NCBI RefSeq assembly: GCF_043584775.1
Contig: NZ_CP121327.1
Span: 1,394,400-1,458,399 of the forward strand
Direction of reading: 5' to 3'
DNA length: 64,000 nt
Source: Hyphobacterium sp.
GTDB taxonomy: Bacteria; Pseudomonadota; Alphaproteobacteria; Caulobacterales; Maricaulaceae
The translations under genes and the position numbers were made by a program. Of this stretch, positions 58,166 to 64,000 are shown piece by piece (position 1 is the stretch's first letter; the number at the start of each line of letters is the position of its first letter). The notes beneath the pieces were generated by a model that saw nothing but the letters and a program-made list of their open reading frames with translations, had not been told where the DNA came from and ran no database searches.

Positions 58166-58325
58166 ATGCGTCTAAACTCCTGACAAATAGGCCGCTGGCG
58201 CACCATGCTGATGCGATTCGCAGCCTCGCAAGCGCGGTGATGACGCGGCTTGCACAGCTTTCCCAGCTTGAAACTCAAATGGTTGTCGCAGGTCCCGAAT
58301 TCAACCGGTTGCCTGCGCGAAACCG

Positions 58326-59612
58326 TCAGGACGCGGTCGGCCGCTTGTCTTTTTTCTCTGACGCTTCGTTTTCAACGTAGATGAAGAGCGGCTTCGCACC
58401 ACCATTGACCACATCCCCATTGACGACGACTTCGTCAACGCCTTCCAGGCCCGGAAGGTCAAACATGGTTTCCAGCAGAATGCCTTCCATGATCGAGCGC
58501 AGACCGCGCGCGCCGGTTTTGCGCGTGATGGCCTTCTTGGCGATCGCGGCATAGGCATCGTCGGTGAAGGTCAGCGTTGCGCCTTCCATCTCGAACAGGC
58601 GCTGATACTGCTTGACCAAGGCGTTCTTCGGCTCGGTCAGGATCTGGATCAGGGCGTCTTCATCAAGGTCTTCGAGTGTGGCGATCACCGGCAGACGGCC
58701 GACAAATTCCGGGATCAGACCGAAACGCTGCAGATCATCCGGCTCGCATTCGCGCAGGATATCGCCCGTGCGGCGGTCATCGGCATCCTTCACGTCGGCC
58801 CCAAAGCCGATGGAAGAACCTTTGCCGCGTTGCGAAATCACCTTCTCAAGGCCGGCGAAGGCGCCGCCCACGATGAACAGGATGTTGGTCGTATCGACTT
58901 GCAGGAATTCCTGCTGTGGATGCTTGCGGCCACCTTGTGGCGGCACACTTGCAACAGTGCCTTCCATAATCTTCAGCAATGCCTGTTGGACGCCCTCGCC
59001 CGATACGTCTCGCGTAATCGAAGGGTTATCAGACTTGCGGGTGATCTTGTCGACCTCATCAATATAGACGATGCCGCGCTGCGCGCGCTCCACATTATAA
59101 TCGGCTGACTGAAGCAGCTTCAGAACGATATTTTCGACGTCCTCACCGACATAACCGGCTTCGGTCAGCGTCGTGGCATCGGCCATTGTGAACGGCACAT
59201 CGATGATCCGCGCGAGCGTTTGAGCCAGCAGCGTTTTACCGCAACCGGTCGGCCCGATCAGCAGGATGTTCGACTTGGACAGCTCGACATCCTGGTTTTG
59301 CGTGGCGTGATTGAGACGCTTGTAATGGTTATGGACCGCGACCGAGAGGACGCGCTTGGCCCAGTCCTGACCGATGACATAATCGTTCAGGACCTTGTAA
59401 ATCTCTGTCGGTGTCGGAACGCCTTCCTTGCCCTTGACCAGCGAGGTTTTGTTTTCCTCGCGGATGATGTCCATGCAAAGCTCGACACATTCGTCGCATA
59501 TGAAGACGGTCGGCCCCGCAATAAGTTTGCGCACCTCGTGTTGGCTTTTGCCGCAAAACGAGCAGTAAAGCGTATTCTTGGCTTCGCCGCCGTTATTTGA
59601 TGACTTGCTCAT
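58326..59612 (-). CDS. clpX: ATP-dependent Clp protease ATP-binding subunit ClpX
   Basis: 428-aa ORF with the zinc-binding N-terminus [27 protein letters not shown], Walker [16 protein letters not shown] and the IGFG ClpP-docking loop. Confidence 0.97.
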   Translation of the reverse strand: MSKSSNNGGEAKNTLYCSFCGKSQHEVRKLIAGPTVFICDECVELCMDIIREENKTSLVKGKEGVPTPTEIYKVLNDYVIGQDWAKRVLSVAVHNHYKRLNHATQNQDVELSKSNILLIGPTGCGKTLLAQTLARIIDVPFTMADATTLTEAGYVGEDVENIVLKLLQSADYNVERAQRGIVYIDEVDKITRKSDNPSITRDVSGEGVQQALLKIMEGTVASVPPQGGRKHPQQEFLQVDTTNILFIVGGAFAGLEKVISQRGKGSSIGFGADVKDADDRRTGDILRECEPDDLQRFGLIPEFVGRLPVIATLEDLDEDALIQILTEPKNALVKQYQRLFEMEGATLTFTDDAYAAIAKKAITRKTGARGLRSIMEGILLETMFDLPGLEGVDEVVVNGDVVNGGAKPLFIYVENEASEKKDKRPTAS

Positions 59613-59771
59613 TTCCCCACCTGTTCGTCACTCCGACACGTCGCACAATCGCTTCGCGCTTTCCGTTCGACCCCCGCAAGATCGGTGCCGAACGTTAGCG
59701 AAACGTAATCACACACCCAAATCGCTCCACTGCCAACCCGTGAGAACAGACTTAGATCAGTGGCTAAGGCC

Positions 59772-60401
59772 TCAGCCTTCGCCGCCTGCCGCGTCCTCGC
59801 GGGTGGCATAAACGTGGTCGATCAGCCCCCAATCCCGCGCCTCTTCCGAGGACATGAAGGTGTCGCGATCCAGTTTCGCCTCGACCTCATCATAGGTCTG
59901 ACCGGTGTGTTTTACGTAAATTTCGTTCAACCGCTTCTTCGTCTTGATGATATCTTCCGCATGGCGCTGGATATCCGAAGCCTGACCGCGGAAGCCGCCC
60001 GATGGCTGGTGCACCATGATGCGCGAATTCGGTGTGGCCGAGCGCATGTCGGGATGTCCGCCGCACAGCAGCAGCGAGCCCATGGACGCGGCCATGCCCA
60101 TGCAGGCGGTCGCGACGGGGCTGCGGATGTATTGCATCGTGTCGTAGATCGCCATGCCGGAAGTCACCACGCCGCCCGGCGAGTTGATGTACATGGCGAT
60201 TTCCTTTTTCGGATTTTCCGATTCCAGGAACAGCAATTGCGCGACAATCAGGCTGGCCATGTTATCTTCGACCGGGCCCGTCACGAAAATGATGCGCTCC
60301 TTAAGCAGCCGCGAATAGATATCGTAGGCGCGTTCACCGCGGCTGGATTGCTCCACGACCATGGGAACAAGGTTCATCATCACTTCTTGAGGATCTTTCA
60401 T
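59772..60401 (-). CDS. clpP: ATP-dependent Clp protease proteolytic subunit
   Basis: 209-aa ORF with [29 protein letters not shown], the catalytic Ser in [11 protein letters not shown] and the His in MVHQPSGG. Confidence 0.97.
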   Translation of the reverse strand: MKDPQEVMMNLVPMVVEQSSRGERAYDIYSRLLKERIIFVTGPVEDNMASLIVAQLLFLESENPKKEIAMYINSPGGVVTSGMAIYDTMQYIRSPVATACMGMAASMGSLLLCGGHPDMRSATPNSRIMVHQPSGGFRGQASDIQRHAEDIIKTKKRLNEIYVKHTGQTYDEVEAKLDRDTFMSSEEARDWGLIDHVYATREDAAGGEG

Positions 60402-60481
60402 CGCGCGCTCCAGCAGGCTTGCGGTCCGGGCAGGACGCCCGTCCGATTCGGCTATTCAGACTGGAGATAACTATCGCGACG

Positions 60482-60509
60482 CAAAACGCCCCGCGCAAGG
60501 CGGGGCGTC
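60482..60509 (-). terminator. Rho-independent terminator downstream of tig
   Basis: The reverse strand reads AGACGCCCCGCCTTGCGCGGGGCGTTTTGC, about 30 nt after the tig stop. Confidence 0.65.
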
Positions 60510-60538
60510 TTATCGATGTCAGCAAAGGTTAACGAGCG

Positions 60539-62080
60539 TTACTTTTTCTTGGCCGCTGTTTTCTTTGCCGGTGCCTTCTTGGCGGCTGGCTTTTTGGCTG
60601 CAGCCTTCTTGGCAGGGGCCTTCTTGGCCGCCGGCTTTTCTTCAGCCTTTGCAGCGGCTTTCTTGGCCGGTTCCTTCTTTGCCGGGGCTTTCTTGGCAGC
60701 CGCCTTCTTCTTGGCCGGCGCTCTCTTCGCACCGGACAGAATGTCGTCCTCGTCCGAGAACAGAGCTTCGCGGCTGACCGGCGTGTCGGTTACCTTGGCC
60801 AGTTCCAGCACATAATCGACGACTTTTTCCTCGTAGATCGGCGCGCGGACCTGAGCGACGGCGTTCGGGTTCTTGGTGTAGAACTCGACGACCTGCTGTT
60901 CCTGACCCGGATAACGCTGGGCTTCCTGGTTGATGGCGCGGGCGATTTCTTCCTGCGTGACTTCCACGCCGGATTTCTGACCGATTTTCGCCAGAACCAG
61001 ACCCAGACGCACGCGGCGCTCGGCGATCGTGCGGTATTCGGCTTTCAGCTCGTCTTCGGACTTGTCCTTGTCTTCATCATCCAGCTGGCCCTGCTCCATG
61101 GCATGGCTGACTTCGCGCCAGATGTTTTCAAACTCGGCATCCACCATCGATGCCGGCAGATCGAATTCCTTGTCCGTATCCAGAGAATCCAGCAGCGAAC
61201 GCTTGGCCCGCATGCGGGACTGAGCGGCGTGTTCGCGTTCGAAACGCTGCTTCAGGGCGTCCTTCAGGGATTCCAGCGATTCCAGACCGAGGCGCTTGGC
61301 CAGTTCATCGTCGATCTTGGATTCAGCCGGGGCCTCGACCGCCTTGACGGTGGTTTCGAATACAGCCTCTTTGCCGGCCAGATGCTGGGCCTGATACTCT
61401 TTCGGGAAGGTGACTTTCAGCTCGATTTCGTCGCCCTTCTTGGCGCCTTTGAGCTGTTCTTCAAATCCCGGAATGAAAGCGCCATCGCCAATGACGACAC
61501 GGGCATCCTGCGCGGAGCCACCTTCGAAGACTTCACCGTCCATCTTGCCGACAAAGTCGACCAGAACCGCATCGCCGTCTTCAGCCTTGGCCGCCTTGCC
61601 CTTTTTCTCTTCAAAGGCACGGCTTTCTTTCGCCAGCTCGGCCAGCGCCTCATCGATCTGCGCATCCTCGACCTCGGCCACGGGGCGCGTGATCTTCAGC
61701 GATTTCGGATCCGGCGCCTCGAAGGACGGCATGATGTCGAGCTCGATCTTGAACTCGAAATCAGATCCGGAAATCAGCGCTTTCGGATCGCTCTTGATCT
61801 CGATCTTCGGCTGGGAGGCCGGCTCGATGGAACGCTCTTTCAGCGTGGAATCGATGGATTGCGGCAGCAATTCGTCGTTCAGAAGATCGCCGAGGATGGA
61901 CTCACCAAAAACCTTCTTGATGTGCGCGGCCGGCACCTTGCCCGGGCGGAAGCCCTTCAGGCGCACTTGCGGGCGGATTTCCATGATTTTGGCGTCGAGG
62001 CGAGCCTGCAGATCCTTGGACGGGATCACAATCTCGAAAGTGCGGCTCAAGCCTTCGGCGGCTTTTTCTGTAACTTGCAT
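60539..62080 (-). CDS. tig: Trigger factor with a Lys/Ala/Pro-rich (histone-H1-like) C-terminal extension of about 60 aa
   Basis: 513-aa ORF with the N-terminal MQVTEKAAEGLSRTFEIVIP...RLKGFRPGKVPAAHIKKVFG (ribosome-binding signature GFRxGxxP) and a PPIase domain. The C-terminal tail reads KRAPAKKKAAAKKAPAKKEPAKKAAAKAEEKPAAKKAPAKKAAAKKPAAKKAPAKKTAAKKK. Confidence 0.95.
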   Translation of the reverse strand: MQVTEKAAEGLSRTFEIVIPSKDLQARLDAKIMEIRPQVRLKGFRPGKVPAAHIKKVFGESILGDLLNDELLPQSIDSTLKERSIEPASQPKIEIKSDPKALISGSDFEFKIELDIMPSFEAPDPKSLKITRPVAEVEDAQIDEALAELAKESRAFEEKKGKAAKAEDGDAVLVDFVGKMDGEVFEGGSAQDARVVIGDGAFIPGFEEQLKGAKKGDEIELKVTFPKEYQAQHLAGKEAVFETTVKAVEAPAESKIDDELAKRLGLESLESLKDALKQRFEREHAAQSRMRAKRSLLDSLDTDKEFDLPASMVDAEFENIWREVSHAMEQGQLDDEDKDKSEDELKAEYRTIAERRVRLGLVLAKIGQKSGVEVTQEEIARAINQEAQRYPGQEQQVVEFYTKNPNAVAQVRAPIYEEKVVDYVLELAKVTDTPVSREALFSDEDDILSGAKRAPAKKKAAAKKAPAKKEPAKKAAAKAEEKPAAKKAPAKKAAAKKPAAKKAPAKKTAAKKK

Positions 62081-62188
62081 TTAAACGGTCCTGGCAAGGT
62101 TGGCGATCAGCGGGGCAATGCGACTCCGCCGCGTTGAAGGCGCGGGTTATGTCATGGTGCCCTTTGCTATGCAACGGCAATGCGGCAG

Positions 62189-62767
62189 CTAATGCATCAG
62201 TCGCTTCAATCTGGTTGAATCGCCAAAGGTAGCCAGCCAGATCAGCGCATTGGTTATTCCTTTAATGACGCCGGTATAACTAGACGCGGCCATGCATTCG
62301 GGATCATAGCCCGCCTGCCCGGCCTTCTTGTGTTCGATTTCCTCGACACGGATTTCGCGGATCAGATTTGCCAGCGCGTCATCGCGGCCTTCCAGATAGG
62401 AAATTTGTTCGTTGAGGTGTCCATGGACGGCCTCCTCAATGGCGGCCGTGCACGCCATCACGCCGCGATTGCCTCCCGCCAAACTGACAAGACCAAGCAA
62501 GAAGCCCCCGCAAACCCAGATAAATGTCGCCGGGCAGACCGCTACCCGTCTTTCCAGCATGGCCTTGCGAAATTTTGTTGCATGCTCGCGCTCATGACCC
62601 ACGGCGTGCTCCAGAAAAGCCGCCGTCTCGTTGGCCAGAATGCCTTTAAACATGAGCTGCGCGGAGTAAATTGCTATCGCGCCGCGTTCGCCAGCATAAT
62701 TCACGCGGAGAATTCGCGCCCGGGTTCGTTCCAGTGGCAGTGAGATATCCGGCTTGATTGCGATCAC
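62189..62767 (-). CDS. coq7: Demethoxyubiquinone hydroxylase (Coq7 family di-iron carboxylate protein)
   Basis: 192-aa ORF with ILRVNYAGERGAIAIYSAQ, EREH and EEIEH motifs (ExxH pairs). Confidence 0.85.
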   Translation of the reverse strand: MIAIKPDISLPLERTRARILRVNYAGERGAIAIYSAQLMFKGILANETAAFLEHAVGHEREHATKFRKAMLERRVAVCPATFIWVCGGFLLGLVSLAGGNRGVMACTAAIEEAVHGHLNEQISYLEGRDDALANLIREIRVEEIEHKKAGQAGYDPECMAASSYTGVIKGITNALIWLATFGDSTRLKRLMH

Positions 62768-62846
62768 TATTCTACCCTTCAGATCGGCGCTATTGCCTGA
62801 TTGTTATTAAAAAGGCGCAATCCCTGGACAATTGAAAGGTGGCAAC

Positions 62847-63200
62847 ATGACCCACAGAGTTTACAGGATGAGTTTTGCCAGCGTTTACCCCCTTTACGTC
62901 GCAAAGGCGGAGAGGAAGGGCCGGACGAAAGCTGAAGTGGACGAGATCATTTTCTGGCTGACCGGATATGACGGCAAGGTTCTGGCTGAAGCCCTGAACG
63001 ACAAGCGCGACATCGAAGCCTTCATCGCGAGTGCGCCCCGCCTTAATCCGGACCGCGCGCTCATAAAGGGCGTGGTGTGCGGTGTACGGGTCGAGGAGGT
63101 CGAAGAGGACCTGATGCGTGAGATCCGCTATCTCGACAAGCTGATCGACGAGCTTGCGCGCGGCAAGGCGATGGAGAAGATTTTGCGGACGCCGGTATAG
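62847..63200 (+). CDS. DUF2200-family protein
   Basis: The start is taken at ATG 62847, with AAGGTGG upstream. [41 protein letters not shown] matches the DUF2200 pattern as I recall it. Confidence 0.65.
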   Translation: MTHRVYRMSFASVYPLYVAKAERKGRTKAEVDEIIFWLTGYDGKVLAEALNDKRDIEAFIASAPRLNPDRALIKGVVCGVRVEEVEEDLMREIRYLDKLIDELARGKAMEKILRTPV

Positions 63201-63202
63201 TC

Positions 63203-63254
63203 AGTGAGCGAAAGCCCCTGCCGGGGTATTCCGCGCCTGAATTTGAATCATCGG
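63203..63254. repeat. REP/MITE-like repeat, partial copy B
   Basis: AGTGAGCGAAAGCCCCTGCCGGGGTATTCCGCGCCTGAATTTGAATCATCGG matches the central part of copies A and C with a few mismatches. Confidence 0.7.
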
Positions 63255-63305
63255 CCCGCCTCCGCCAAGGCTACGGCGCGGCAGCCTTCGCGCTGGAATG
63301 GTTTA

Positions 63306-63389
63306 CCCAGCCGAAGCTCTCGAAGAGAGCGAAGGCCCCTGCCGGGGCATTCTCCGTTTAAATTGATCCACTGGATCAATTTTTTTGCC
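63306..63389. repeat. REP/MITE-like palindromic repeat, copy C (just 3' of tRNA-Leu)
   Basis: CCCAGCCGAAGCTCTCGAAGAGAGCGAAGGCCCCTGCCGGGGCATTCTCCGTTTAAATTGATCCACTGGATCAATTTTTTTGCC has the same two hairpins as copy A. Confidence 0.8.
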
Positions 63390-63409
63390 TCCGGCAGGCC
63401 AACTTCGAA

Positions 63410-63494
63410 TGGTGCGGATGAAAGGAATCGAACCTTCACGCCTTGCGGCACTGGAACCTAAATCCAGCGCGTCTACCAGTTCCGCCACATCCGC
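63410..63494 (-). tRNA. tRNA-Leu (anticodon TAG), long variable arm
   Basis: The reverse strand reads GCGGATGTGGCGGAACTGGTAGACGCGCTGGATTTAGGTTCCAGTGCCGCAAGGCGTGAAGGTTCGATTCCTTTCATCCGCACCA. Anticodon loop is TTTAGGT. It is a class II tRNA of 85 nt with CCA encoded. Confidence 0.92.
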
Positions 63495-63553
63495 ACGATA
63501 TCTGGTGGCGGGGTTCATAGTGCGAACCCGCCTCGCCGCGCAACCGCTTTTGC

Positions 63554-64000
63554 TCAGGGCGCCAGGAATGACCCGCTATTGTCGGGCTGGCCCCAGTATC
63601 GCAGGTAATGGATGTCGTGTTCCGGCACCGGGTGGGTATAGCCGCCGCAATCAATCGTGCGGAGGATATCGTGGATCACTGTCAGCCGGGCGGTGCGCTT
63701 GTCATCGGCTTTCACTACACGCCATGGCAGGGGCTGGCAGGTCTCGATCAGCATGCGGTTGCGGGCGGCTGAATAATCCGCCCATTTTTCCACGGCGACC
63801 GCGTCAATCGGGCTGATCTTCCAAGTTTTCAGCGGGTTTTGCCGGCGATCCTCCAGGCGCTCTATCTGCTCCGGTTTTGAGACGTCCAGATAGTATTTGA
63901 GCAGCATCAAGCCGTCATCGATCAGGATTTTTTCAAATGACCCGACATCGGACAGGAAGCTTTCATACTGGGCGTCCGTGCAATACCCCATGACTTTCTC
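63554..64000 (-). CDS. ppk2: Polyphosphate kinase 2 family protein, C-terminal part (gene runs off the right window edge)
   Basis: ...GYCTDAQYESFLSDVGSFEKILIDDGLMLLKYYLDVSKPEQIERLEDRRQNPLKTWKISPIDAVAVEKWADYSAARNRMLIETCQPLPWRVVKADDKRTARL parallels the PPK2 core (…MGFCT..EY..F…KFWL.IS..EQ..R…P.K.WK.SP.D…W..Y….APW.VV.ADDK..ARL). Confidence 0.85.
   Translation of the reverse strand, partial: EKVMGYCTDAQYESFLSDVGSFEKILIDDGLMLLKYYLDVSKPEQIERLEDRRQNPLKTWKISPIDAVAVEKWADYSAARNRMLIETCQPLPWRVVKADDKRTARLTVIHDILRTIDCGGYTHPVPEHDIHYLRYWGQPDNSGSFLAP

Noticed and set aside
58166-58325. Possible sigma32 (heat-shock) promoter upstream of lon (reverse-strand TTGAAT...CCATTT).
   Set aside because: The match to the CTTG-N17-CCCAT-type consensus is partial and the spacing is ambiguous. 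It is not strong enough to annotate.
60516-60815. Plus-strand ORF encoding FLAAGFLAAAFLAG repeats, and the periodic DNA repeat at 60540-60730, considered as a possible tandem repeat or CRISPR-like array.
   Set aside because: It is the antisense reading of the Lys/Ala/Pro tail of tig. The periodicity is codon-level (GCC/AAG/AAA) with no repeat-spacer architecture. No CRISPR array is present anywhere in the window.
63204-63816. ORFs 63204-63461 (+), 63248-63451 (-), 63303-63518 (-) and 63385-63816 (+).
   Set aside because: They overlap the REP-like repeats, tRNA-Leu, or the antisense strand of ppk2. The similar peptide strings (…PCRG-PRLNL…) arise simply from translating the repeated element.

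Overview
High-GC alphaproteobacterial-type chromosome segment, almost entirely transcribed on the minus strand. The core backbone runs tsf (partial), rpsB, dnaE (disrupted in this assembly), lolD, a lolC/E-type permease and proS. It continues with an SseB-like gene (+), DUF1467, mce, rnj, coaX and birA, then a complete 14-gene nuoA-N operon carrying three extra translationally coupled ORFs. After that come a YghU-like GST, a low-GC orphan, a tandem USP, a SulP transporter, and a polytopic membrane protein paired with an AlaDH/PNT-family enzyme. To the right of the island lie tRNA-Asp, tRNA-Val, pheA, lon, clpX, clpP, tig, coq7, DUF2200 (+), tRNA-Leu and ppk2 (partial). The main accessory feature is a visibly more AT-rich island of 17,323 bp (36641-53963) inserted into the 3' end of tRNA-Asp. 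It is bounded by a perfect 56-bp direct repeat. The native tRNA terminator is stranded next to the partial tRNA copy. The island tyrosine integrase is 5'-truncated by an IS3-family (IS407-like) element that has no target-site duplication. The island carries no phage structural or conjugation genes. Its cargo is mostly signal-peptide proteins in paralogous sets: three of one family, two Tiki/ChaN/TraB-like, two possible NTF2-like, and two unusual membrane-anchored ribbon-helix-helix proteins. It also encodes an endonuclease I, an enterochelin-esterase-like hydrolase, a DUF3644-like orphan, two serine recombinases (one frameshifted at its start) and a Tat-exported Asp/Gly repeat peptide set among a cluster of CGTTTTTG motifs. 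All functional calls come from reading the translated ORFs and recalling family motifs. No database search was run.
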